From Macrostomum lignano (lineage: Eukaryota): a DNA stretch of 64,000 bases. Both the position numbers and the translations under genes were made by a program. Where the stretch lies: the NCBI GenBank assembly GCA_002269645.1, contig NIVC01001569.1:1-64000 (forward strand). The letters are read 5' to 3'. The notes under the pieces were generated by a model. That model saw nothing but the letters and a program-made list of their open reading frames with translations, did no database searches and was not told the origin of the DNA. Below are positions 41,429 to 52,650 of the stretch, piece after piece (position 1 is the first letter of the stretch; each line of letters starts with the position of its first letter).

Positions 41429-43124
41429 ATGGACAATGAATTGCCAATGCCCCTGGTGCCAGCAGATCGGGTTAACCTTCGCCTCCTATTAGTGTCAGGA
41501 GAAGTTCATAATTTCCTATTTAATCCAGATGACTGTGCTCAAGAGATAACTGATTTTGTGTTTCACAACTGGCCTGAAGGTAGGTGAATTTAAGCTGAGT
41601 GATTTTGGGGAATGTCAATATTTTATTAATTATACATCAAGAGGGAAATTATACTCGTACAGGATATCATTAAAAATCAGAGATAGATCAGAGATGGGAG
41701 AGATAGATCAGAGATGGGAGAAACAGATCAGAGATGGGAGAGATAGATCAGAGATGGGAGAGATAGATCAGAGATGGGAGAGATAGATCAGAGATGGGAG
41801 AGATAGATCAGAGATGGGAGAGATAGATCAGAGATGGGAGAGATAGATCAGAGATGGGAGAGATAGATCAGAGATGGGAGAGATAGATCAGAGATGGGAG
41901 AGATAGATCAGAGATGGGAGAGATAGATCAGAGATGGGAGAGATAGATCAGAGATGGGAGAGATAGATCAGAGATGGGAGAGATAGATCAGAGATGGGAG
42001 AGATAGATCAGAGATGGGAGAGATAGATCAGAGATGGGAGAGATAGATCAGATATGGGAGAGATAGATCAGAGATGGGAGAGATAGATCAGAGATGGGAG
42101 AGATAGATCTGAGATGGGAGAGGTAGATCTGAGATGGGAGAAACAGATCTGAGATACGAGAGATAATCAGAAATGTTTTTCAGTGAACACTCTAGGTTGC
42201 TCAACCACCCCCCCCCCAGACTGGTCGTCGGCTGAGCGGCCAGACTCCAACATCCTTCGCCTCATCTATCACGGCCGATTCCTTCATCCCAGTGTGACCC
42301 TGTCTGCCCTGCGCCTGCCGCTTGGCAAGACCACTGTCATGCACCTGGTCTCCAGGGAGACAGCTCCGCCCCAGCCTGCTGATGGTGAGCTCTGGGGTGT
42401 CAGGCTGGGTCTGATTGCAGTGCTGAGTGTGTCAGACTGGGTCTGATTGCAGTGCTGAGTGTGTCAGATTGAGTCTGCTTGCAGTGCTGAGTGTGTCAGG
42501 CTGGGTCTGATTGCAGTGCTGAGTGTGTCAGGCTGGGTCTGATTGCAGTGCTGAGTGTGTCAGACTGCGTCTGATTGCAGTGCTGAGTGTGTCAGACTGG
42601 ATCTGATTGCAGTGCTGAGTGTGTCAGGCTGGGTCTGATTGCAGTGCTGAGTGTGTCAGACTGCGTCTGATTGCAGTGCTGAGTGTGTCAGACTGCGTCT
42701 GATTGCAGTGCTGAGTGTGTCAGACTGGATCTGATTGCAGTGCTGAGTGTGTCAGACTGGGTCTGATTGCAGTGCTGAGTGTGTCAAACTGGGTCTGATT
42801 GCAGTGCTGAGTGTGTCAGACTGGGTCTGATTGCAGTGCTGAGTGTGTCAGACTGGGTCTGATTGCAGTGCTGAGTGTGTCAGACTGGGTCTGATCACAA
42901 TGCTGAGTGTGTCAGATTGAGTCACACTAGTTAAATAAGTTAAATTGCGCACTTACTCTGCATCGAAATTCTTTGATCTCAATAACGTCGACTTAGCTGT
43001 GTCAACTGTTATCAGTAAATAAAGATAATTAATCTATAACTATTAATTAAATAATTTTATTTCAGAAGAGCGCCGCAACTCAAAGCGCAGCGACAGCGGC
43101 TGTCATTGCTGCGCAGTTCTGTGA
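41429..43124 (+). CDS. UBL3: Ubiquitin-like protein 3 (membrane-anchored ubiquitin-fold, CaaX)
   Basis: Exons 41429-41579, 42220-42384, 43066-43124 (both introns phase 1): MDNELPMPLVPADRVNLRLLLVSGEVHNFLFNPDDCAQEITDFVFHNWPE|DWSS...NILRLIYHGRFLHPSVTLSALRLPLGKTTVMHLVSRET...|ERRNSKRSDSGCHCCAVL*; ends in a CCAVL prenylation/palmitoylation motif. Confidence 0.95.
41682..42170. repeat. 20-bp minisatellite (AGATAGATCAGAGATGGGAG)
   Basis: UBL3 intron 1. Confidence 0.93.
42398..42920. repeat. 32-bp minisatellite (ACTGGGTCTGATTGCAGTGCTGAGTGTGTCAG)
   Basis: UBL3 intron 2, about 16 copies. Confidence 0.92.
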
Positions 43125-43332
43125 AGCACAGCGTTGCCAAACGCCCTCAGTCAGTCGGACTTTTTCATCTTATTAATCCTCCCCCCCTGTCCTGATTCCT
43201 TCTTCAATGGGTCGCTAAAAGTACACGTTGAAGAATGTGAAATACGTTTGAAGGCTAAAATTATCTAAATTTGTTGAAACAGCAACACCATGGCTTTAGG
43301 ATTAAAAAGACAGACCACAACATATTTCGAAG

Positions 43333-43799
43333 GTTGCCAACACAGATACCGGTATAACTAGATGGGGCCACTCAGGCATATATATTTAGTAAAACAGCTT
43401 TCTACTTGCAGTTCAGTAGCAACGAAGAATACATAAGCTATTTTATAAAAATAAAGGCAGCTGAAATGACTTTGATAAGTTTAGAAGCCAATCTTGCAGG
43501 CGTAAACAACTCGCTAATTGGTTCAGCAATAATGTACATTGTTGGCCAGTCCACTGAAATGTACATGGCAGATTTAGGCTGGCTGGAATTCTGAGAAAGG
43601 CAATAAAAATTGGGGCGGGGCAGAGGGGGTAAGTGCGGAAAGGCGGCGGTTGGAGGGTTTAAGCTGGGGGTAAGAGCCAATAAATGAGCCTTGGCTTTAA
43701 AAGTACATTAAAATGCTTAAGTTTAACTTGCTACTGAACTGAAAGTGCTGAGTGTGCTGAGTGGCCCATCTAGTTATTCTAGTATCTGTTTTTGCCAAC
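43333..43799. mobile_element. Degenerate MITE-like element (imperfect TIRs)
   Basis: GTTGCCAACACAGATAC...TAACTAGATGGGGCCACTCAG versus the inverse ending at 43799; inner CAGTTCAGTAGCAA / TTGCTACTGAACTG pair. Confidence 0.45.
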
Positions 43800-44707
43800 A
43801 AAAACATGGCTAAATAAGATAAGCTTGGTCAAAAAACGAGTACTTGATGGGATTATCTGATTCGTAGAACAGTTTTCACTTTATCATCATTTTATAATCT
43901 AGCCTTCATAACTTTGTTTTCCAAAAAATATTAGTTTCAATACTGCTTCTAACGCTCCTTGTGTTCTTTTATTCTTCCATAGGTCAGTTGGACAAGCGGC
44001 GTACACAGCGCTTGTTGGTGCAATGTCTTCTGTATAGTAGCTGTAATCATACTTTGTTTTACTACAGTGCCAGTCTGTCAGCTTGCTTCAAAATACTATT
44101 AATTTAACATTTCACGTGCTCATAATTTCAACTTATGTAAGCTTAATTTTTTTGCTTTTTCTTGAACCTATTTGCTAAGCTCAGTTGCTCATGGTTGTCT
44201 GCTTTGTTAATTAATTTTCGCTTTTTTACTCTAATATTTGTTGCACTTCTGGCTCTGTTCAAGTGTCCGTAAAACTATCTGTAAGCTTTCAATTAGGTTG
44301 AATTGTCAAACTTTTGCCTTATATCCCAGCCACGATGTACCGCAGTATTTCCGCGCAGTGCTTAACTCTACTTACAGTAGCAAGTGCTGGGTTTTCATTA
44401 TCTTTTTTATAAAAAAAACTCAAACGAACCGTGTAAAAATTGCCAAGCGCCATACGCTTCAATTGTAAATCTCTGAAATAAAAACTGACTTTGACTTGAC
44501 TGCGAAAATTCTTTGCTCCTACTCTCCGTGTTTTGTGGACTCGGGAGAGTTTGTGAAATAAATAATTAGTGTCAGTTTTGTCTTCATTTGTTACATCTAG
44601 CTCTGTTAGTTCTAATTGCATTTAATGCTCGATAAAATTACGAATTGAAAGAGTAAACTTGCAGTCAGTAGCAGTTTTAGCAGTTTTGCTTAGGGCTTGT
44701 AGCCCAT

Positions 44708-44952
44708 GAGTAGAGCTCAGTAGTTAGAGCGTCGGACTCACGACTTGTAGGTTGGGGGTTCGATTCTCGACCCAACTCGGAACAATTTGTGTCCTGGAGC
44801 AAGGCGATTAAACTCTGCATTGCTTCAGTTCACCCAGCTGTAACATGGATGCCAGCACTAGCTGATATAATTGAGGGAGTATGTGGCGACCGGCCCCCTG
44901 CAGTCCTTTGGACTGAACAGCCGTACGCAGCCTTCAGATGCGCCGCGCAATA
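44708..44952 (+). mobile_element. tRNA-derived SINE, family A, copy 3
   Basis: A-box-like GAGCTCAGTAGTTAGAGC, B-box-like GGTTCGATTCTC, same central and 3' blocks (GGACTGAACAGCCGTACGCAGCCTTCAGATGCGCCGCGCAATA). Confidence 0.75.
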
Positions 44953-46211
44953 CTGTACATGTAGCTCTGATCTCTTTTTTCCTTTATTCCCACGCCTCAA
45001 TTCTTTCTCTATCCGGCCTCTATCTCCCTGGCCCGCAGTCGTCCACCTAGATTATCATCGACCCCTGGTGTAGAAGTACATGTACGTGTTTACAGTGTAA
45101 TTAAATATTCTGACTAAGCCATGACCAACATGCAGTCCCCATCGGCCATCCTTAGCTTATTCTTATGTGCATTGAATTGAATTTCGCATTAGGATTCCGC
45201 AACGAGCACTTAATCTTGGAATTCTAAAGAGTTCTATATATAATCCTAGGCTATCACTAAATTCTTTTTGATTGAGCGGCCCATTCATCGATCGTCTCTG
45301 CAGTTGAATCTCTGCACTAGTGCGCGATGAATAAAGTATAAATTAACCAAGCTTTAACTTTTTAAAAGATGCACTTCCCCATACGATACTGTGGAAGAAA
45401 CTAGATGCTTCTACGCCTCGGGGATGTTCATCAATACGGACTGGAGCAGCTCATTTTATATTAAAAATTCTACATGTAATTTAATTACATTAGCCTTGCG
45501 ACCCAACAAGTGTCGCAATTGGCTCGCTATAGAGGATTTGTATTAACAGTTTCTTGCACTCTTAAGTACACGCAGGAACGGTTTATATAGGACTTTTTAT
45601 GGTAACCAAAGACATTCTCCGTAGTGAGTTTAGGGTGGCTGCAACATTTGGTGTTAGCTCGTACAATTTGGTTAATCTCGGTTTTGGAACTTCATGACAA
45701 TCAAATTTGTACACTAGCTGTAAATTTCTACAGAAAGCAATGTTTGCATTATTTCGGAGTAAAGGTATTAACTTGCATTATTCGATTCATGAGGTGATTC
45801 GCGCCGTCTTTGGAGCTTACATGTACGAGTACGAGGAAAAATCTTTTACTGGTCGACTGTAGCCTTTTACATTATACTTAACCCGTGACATTGGCAGTAC
45901 TATTTAAAACAAAAAGCTATTTTTTTATTAAAAACTAAGTTGAAACAGCAAATAGTTACAATAATTGTACGAAAGTAAAACTATAAATATTTTTTTCATT
46001 TAATACTTGAAAAAATCTACATCCATAATTATTTACAGTCGTTGTTTTGCCTTTCAATTTTATCGCAAATTAATTAATTATTAAACACAAGAAGAAAGGC
46101 ATTGCCATTGAGGTTACCGCATAACATTTTCAGTTTTCAATCGAGGCAACAGTCTGCGAAAACTGAAGTGTTTCGCAGATGAATTGTTTATAAATTAGTT
46201 TTCAAAGAATA

Positions 46212-48399
46212 ATGACACAAAATTTGGCCTTATGCTTTAGTGTCAGCAGAATTTGTTGCTACAATGTAAGTGACTGAGTCTGTGACTGTGACGACTAGGA
46301 CTATATTTTTTATATTTTTAACCGCCTTGTTAACCTTAATGTCCATTGTTATTACAAACACTTTTAAAAAATACACTACGTAATGACTGCAGCACATCTA
46401 TTGACAAGAAATACTTGGGTTTAATTTTTTATTCTGTTCTGCTTTCGATTCACAATGCAAATAGGTAAAATTATCCTAAAATACTTTAGACACCATTTCA
46501 TTTGATGACACTATAATAAACATAAAAAATTAGTTTATATTTGAGGAATTTAATTTTAACAATCTTTTCATGTTTACTTAATGCACGAATTCATCCTTAA
46601 TTTCATTTCATTTATGTATTCATTGACATCTAAACCAAATCAAACAGATTTACAAGATGGCCTGTTGTGTTAAAGAACCACCACCAAAAGAGGAATTCGA
46701 CTTAATCTGCGTTGGCCTGGACAAATCAGGAAAAACAGCATTGCTCAATAGCTTCTTACAAGATAGCTTGGATACAAGTCCCACAACTGGCTTCAATATA
46801 AAGGTAATTTACAAAGCAACTTTAAATTAACTTATTAATTGTTTATAATGGGATAGCTTATTATATAATATTTCAAAGGTATATCAGCTGATGATATTTT
46901 TAAGGGTATGTCATGAAATTCTCAACCGATAAAACATTCTAGTTGTTATTAATTCTCAGTTAATAATAACAACACTTTTAACATCCAAGGCAATACAAAC
47001 AACCCCACTTAAATTATCTGAAGTTATTTTTTCTGAGTGAAATAAATTTTCAGTTTAGCAACTAGCATGCTAATAATCTCGTACTCTTTTAACCGATAGA
47101 TCAAATTTAATATCAGAAAGTTTATCTTTCAGGATATTCACCTGGATTCGGTGAATTTGCACGTGAAAGAGCTTGGCGGCTCGCACCAGATCAGGCCTTA
47201 CTGGGCCCGCTACTACGGACCCGACATTCACGGCGTCATGTTCGTGGTGGACGCCAGCGAGACTGACGACAGCCGATGGAATCTGGCGCGCCAGGAGTTG
47301 CGGTCAGTGCTGGACTCCGACAAGCTGGTCGACGCACCAGTCTTTGTTCTGGCCACGCACCAAGACTGCGCCGGGGCATGCGGCGAGGTGGAGGTAAGTA
47401 TGATGCTTGAGCCTCCCAGATGCTCAGTTGCTGGGCCAGCCTCCCAGATGCTCAGTTGCTGGGCCAGCCTCCCAGATGCTCAGTTGCTGGGCCAGCCTCC
47501 CAGATGCTCAGTTGCTGGGCCAGCCTCCCAGATGCTCAGTTGCTGGGCCAGCCTCCCAGATCCTCAGTTGCTGGGCCAGCCTCCCAGATGCTCAGTTGCT
47601 GGGCCAGCCTCCCAGATCCTCAGTTGCTGGGCCAGCCTCTCAGATCCTCAGTTGCTGGGCCAGCCTCCCAGATCCTCAGCTGCTGGGCCAGCCTCCTAGA
47701 TCCTCAGTTGCTGGGCCAGCCTCCTAGATCCTCAGTTGCTGGGCCAGCCTCCCAGAGTGTCAGTTGCTGGGCCAGCCTCCCAGATTCTCAGTTGCTGGGC
47801 CAGCCTCCCAGAGTGTCAGTTGCTGGGCCAGCCTCCCAGATTCTAGGGGAAACTCATAAAAGTACACGGAATAGAGAAGATGCATCATTTGTTTGCGTAA
47901 AAAACGAAAATGCCTACTAATAGTAATATGCACCGCAGCTTGTGCCTTGTCTGAGCAATTTTAGTTGCAATAAAAATCAACCAGTCGATGGTTTCTGACT
48001 ACAAACACAATTATTGGTTATTGACTGCTAACATATTGCTAAAAGTGTCTGACATATTTTATGATCGCTATAATATCGTGTAAAGAGATCATAAGGAAGC
48101 ACAATAAAAATGACTTATGAATACATTAATCTTTTTTTCATTTACACTGGCTGTTCGGTAAATGCAGTCAGCTCTACACAATGAACCGCAGCATCAGTTT
48201 CTGTGTTCCTAGCAATCTGAGAGGCAAGGCATCATAGGGAGCCCAACAATTAGCCAATGGCTATATTATATTACTAGCAAAACTGATAGGGTTAACTGCA
48301 CAAAGACACAGAAGCATCTCTGCTTTAATAAATGCAAATGTATAAGTGCTTGTCGAAGGGAGCGATTCGAGAGAAACAGGGGGAAAGAGGGAGAGAGTG

Positions 48400-48463
<64 letters not shown>

Positions 48464-49184
48464 AAGAGAGAGAGGGAGAGAGTGAGAGAGGGGGAGAGGG
48501 GGAGAGGGAGAGAGGGGGAGAGGGAGAGAGTGAGAGAGAGGGAGAGGGAGAGAGGGAGAGAGGGAGAGAGGGGAGAGTGAGAGCGGGAGAGAGGGAGTGA
48601 GGGGGAGAGTGAGAGAGGGAGAGAGGGTTGAGAGGGAGAGAGGGAGAGAGTGAGAGGGAGAGAGGGAAAAGGGTTAAAGAAAGAGAGGTTGGGCAAGGGA
48701 AGGAGAGAGAGGAAGAGGTAGAGAGAGAGAAAGGAAGAGGGGGAGAGGTAGAGAGAGAGAGAGAAAGGAAGAGGGGGAGAGGTAGACAGAGAGAGAGGGG
48801 AAAGGTAGAGGAGAGAGGGAGAGAGGGTAAAAAAAGAGGGGAGAGGGAGAGAATGAGGGAGAGAGGTTCAATGAGAGAGAGGTTGGGCGAGGGAGGGAGA
48901 GAGGAAGCGAGAGAAGCGGAACCTTGAATGTCAAGTGAAAGCGAGTCATGGCAGCCATTAATGCAACACTTCCAACCCCTCACTCGATTGCAACCCCTCA
49001 GCTGATGGAGCGGCTGCAGTTCTCGGCCGGCCAATCAGAGAGCCGGAACGGCGAAATTTTCGTGCTCCTCTGCAATGTCAAACAGCGCGACACGGTGATG
49101 CTGGCACTCACTAAAATTGCCAACCTCTTGCTGGTCGCTCACGGCGATGACGTCATTCGCAACGACCAGGCCGATGCCGATTGA
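46212..49184 (+). CDS. ARL15: ADP-ribosylation factor-like GTPase 15
   Basis: Exons 46212-46265 (inferred), 46648-46803, 47133-47393, 49002-49184, all phase 0. CCVKEPPPKEEFDLICVGLDKSGKT (P-loop), TTGFNIK, ARL15-type LHVKELGG, IRPYWARYY, VMFVVD, VLATHQD; N-terminal Cys cluster. Confidence 0.92.
47410..47840. repeat. 27-bp minisatellite (GCCTCCCAGATGCTCAGTTGCTGGGCCA-like)
   Basis: ARL15 intron 3; starts about 15 nt after the donor. Confidence 0.92.
48375..48915. repeat. (GA)n / GA-rich low-complexity tract
   Basis: ARL15 intron 3. Confidence 0.9.
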
Positions 49185-49244
49185 ACTCTGTTTGAACAGC
49201 CTTAGTATCAAGATTCCTGGTCTCTTGGTGCGAAATCTCAAATT

Positions 49245-50955
49245 AACCCCACTCTACTCATTACACTTTACTCCCTACACTCTACTCCCTACACTCTAAT
49301 CCCTACACTCTAATCCCTACACTTTGCTCCCTACACTCTAATCCCTACACTCTAATCCCTACACTTTGCTCCCTACACTCTAATCCCTACACTTTACTCC
49401 CTACACTCTACTCCCTACACTCTAATCCCTAGACTCTAATCCCTACACTTTGCTCCCTACACTCTAATCCCTACACTCTAATCCCTACACTTTGCTCCCT
49501 ACACTCTAATCCCTACACTTTACTCCCTACACTCTACTCCCTACACTCTAATCCCTACACTCTAATCCCTACACTTTGCTCCCTACACTCTAATCCCTAC
49601 ACTCTAATCCCTACACTCTAATCCCTACACTCTAATCCCTACACTCTAATCCCTACACTCTAATCCCTACACTCTAATCCCTACACTCTAATCCCTACAC
49701 TCTAATCCCTACACTCTAATCCCTACACTCTAATCCCTACACTCTAATCCCTACACTCTAATCCCTACACTCTAATCCCTACACTCTAATCCCTACACTC
49801 TAATCCCTACACTCTAATCCCTACACTCTAATCCCTACACTCTAATCCCTACACTTTAATCTCTACACTTTACTCTCTACACTCTAATCCCTACACCTTA
49901 ATCCCTACACTCTAATCCCTACACTCTAATCACTACACTCTAATCCCTACACTTTAATCCCTACACTCTACTCCCTACACTCTACTCCCTATTCTATCAT
50001 CCCAGCATTATTCTGGAATTCCGCTCCGTCCATCATGACGCATTGAACATAACAGACGGATTTGTTCTTAACTAATTGCTTTATGTGCATCTGTGTGAAT
50101 GGGGCCTAGCTCTAATTTTTTCTATTCTTTTACATTAATGAAAACTTGTGGGACGTAGGCAGACTTTAGTTGCTAAGTACAAGTAAAAGTCAGTCAAATT
50201 TGCGGTTTTATTGTGTACCGTTCGAATTTTATAATTTTCTTACTCATTCTGTATCTCATTATTGATTGTTTATTTTCGAGATACCATTTAGCAAACGGAG
50301 TAACATTTTCGGTTTTGGCTTGAATAATAAATGAATATTTCCGACAGGGGCGAATGAAAGTTAAATATCAAGTAGAAGATGAATAAGTGAGTAGCTAAAA
50401 TGATGGAGTTGAGAGTAGAAAGGGTAGAGTAGAGAGTAGAAAGGGTAGAGTAGAGAGTAGAAAATGTAGAGTAGAGAGTAGAAATGGTAGATTAGAGAGT
50501 AGAAAGGGTAGAGTAGAGAGTAGAAAGGGTAGAGTAGAGAGTAGAAAGGGTAGAGTAGAGAGTAGAAAGGGTAGAGTAGAGAGTAGAAAGGGTAGAGTAG
50601 AGAGTAGAAAGGGTAGAGTAGAGAGTAGAAAGGGTAGAGTAGAGAGTAGAAAGGGTAGAGTAGAGAGTAGAAATGGTAGATTAGAGTGTAGAAAGGGTAG
50701 AGTAGAGAGTAGAAAGGGTAGAGTAGAGAGTAGAAAGGGTAGAGTAGAGAGTAGAAAGGGTAGAGTAGAGAGTAGAAAGGGTAGAGTAGAGAGTAGAAAG
50801 GGTAGAGTAGAGAGTAGAAAGGGTAGAGTAGAGAGTAGAAAGGGTAGAGTAGAGAGTAGAAAGGGTAGAGTAGAGAGTAGAAATGGTAGATTAGAGAGTA
50901 GAAAGGGTAGAGTAGAGAGTAGAAAGGGTAGAGTAGAGAGTAGAAAGGGTAGAGT
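49245..50955. repeat. 14-bp array (CCCTACACTCTAAT, about 49245-49990) and 21-bp array (AGAGTAGAAAGGGTAGAGTAG, about 50410-50955)
   Basis: Two arrays of opposite strand skew separated by about 400 bp of unique sequence. Confidence 0.88.
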
Positions 50956-51719
50956 ATAAGTTTAAGGTAGAACGGCGTAGACGGATGAGCTACTCAAAAG
51001 AAAATAAACATTTCCAAAGTCGTCCCGTCCAAAACACTACGGCTGTGTAACTCACGCATCCTCAAATTCATTTTTGAAGGCTAAATTTTACAATACATTC
51101 TTCTTTTCTAAAATCCTTGTGCGCTGATTCCAGGAAATATTATAATGCTCATTTAATCTGCGAAAGCTTTTTCAATATTGTTTTTTCCGCTGTCTGCTAT
51201 CTATGAATTATAATTATACTCCTAATAAAATGCCAGACTTACAGAAAATTGAATAAGTTGGTAAGTCATTTCGCAAATTAAAATGTGCGACCATATGTGC
51301 TAGCAGACATGCAGTCTTAATTATTTACAACTTGAGGGTTCGTCATATTTTTTGTGTCATAACCGAAATTTGATGGACCAAAAAATTGCATTATTTATAA
51401 GAATTTCCCACTTTTCCCAAGAAGTCCTTGTCAAGCTATCCTTGATATCCTAGATAGAGCCGATATGTTGTGTAGTAAACTTTATCAACTGCACTTTGAT
51501 TATTGGAATTTTTGCGAATTCTTTGATAAGTTTAATCTTTTAAAATGTTTCTATAGACATAGCATAGCTGGGATTCCTACACCAGCTTTCCTAAAGAGAG
51601 ATAAAGAGATCTGTATTGATTTTTCATGGAGCCTGCTAGCTTGCTGTAGTAAATCAATGACTGCAGTTCCACCCTGAAAGGCAATCTGAATCCTTCTATG
51701 TCAACCAGAAGCAGAGGGT

Positions 51720-52330
51720 TCTAGTTTGTGAAGATTCTATAGTTTGTGAAGATTCTATAGTTTGTGAAGATTCTATAGTTTGTGAAGATTCTATAGTTTG
51801 TGAAGATTCTATAGTTTGTGAGGATTCTATAGTTTGTGAAGATTCTATAGTTTGTGAAGATTCTACAATAGTTTTTGAAAATTCTATAGTTTGTGAAGAT
51901 TCTACAATAGTTTGTGAAGATTCTACAATAGTTTTTGAAAATTCTATAGTTTGTGAAGATTCTACAATAGTTTTTGAAAATTCTATAGTTTGTGAAGATT
52001 CTATAGTTTGTGAAGATTCTATAGTTTGTGAAGATTCTATAGTTTGTGAAGATTCTATAGTTTGTGAAGATTCTATAGTTTGTGAAGATTCTATAGTTTG
52101 TAAAGATTCTATAGTTTGTGAAGATTCTATAGTTTGTGAAGATTCTATAGTTTGTGAGGATTCTATAGTTTGTGAAGATTCTATAGTTTGTGAAGATTCT
52201 CTAGTTTGTGAAGATTCTATAGTTTGTGAGGATTCTATAGTTTGTGAAGATTCTATAGTTTGTGAAGATTCTCTAGTTTGTGAAGATTCTCTAGTTTGTG
52301 AAGATTCTATAGTTTGTGAAGATTCTACGA
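51720..52330. repeat. 18-bp minisatellite (TTTGTGAAGATTCTATAG)
   Basis: About 33 copies. Confidence 0.92.
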
Positions 52331-52650
52331 GTATATAGTTTGTTTCGGTTCTGTTTTTACCTTCTAATCCAGCTTGCAATCAAGGACGACTAAAGATAAC
52401 TCGTCTACTGCTGCGTTCAAGGACTCAAGGACTATAAGCTGTGCTTGTCCAATCAGTGAGAAGCCAAGGCTGCTTGTGAGACATTGACAGAATATTATTT
52501 ATGGCTAGCGCCCTGCTGATCCTGTCTCAGATTTCCCTATCGCTAAAATCCCTAAGCAATAAAAAAACTCGTCAGCTTAAAAGCGACAAGGTTTCAATAA
52601 CTGCTTTTTCTTCCCAGTCAAAAAGCTTTCTTTGAGAAACAAATTTGAGA

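Noticed and set aside
41410-41431. Acceptor just upstream of the UBL3 ATG as a spliced-leader trans-splice site
   Set aside because: Cannot be told apart from a cis-spliced 5' UTR intron without transcript data.
44319-44621. 100-aa - strand ORF
   Set aside because: No recognisable motif or supporting neighbouring exons; cannot be distinguished from chance.
44708-44775. Possible tRNA gene (also 2876-2945 and the - strand copies)
   Set aside because: A/B boxes are present but the acceptor and anticodon stems are broken, and each head continues into a shared SINE body.
51465-51677. 70-aa ORF faintly like a LINE RT C-terminus
   Set aside because: The similarity is too weak to support without a search.
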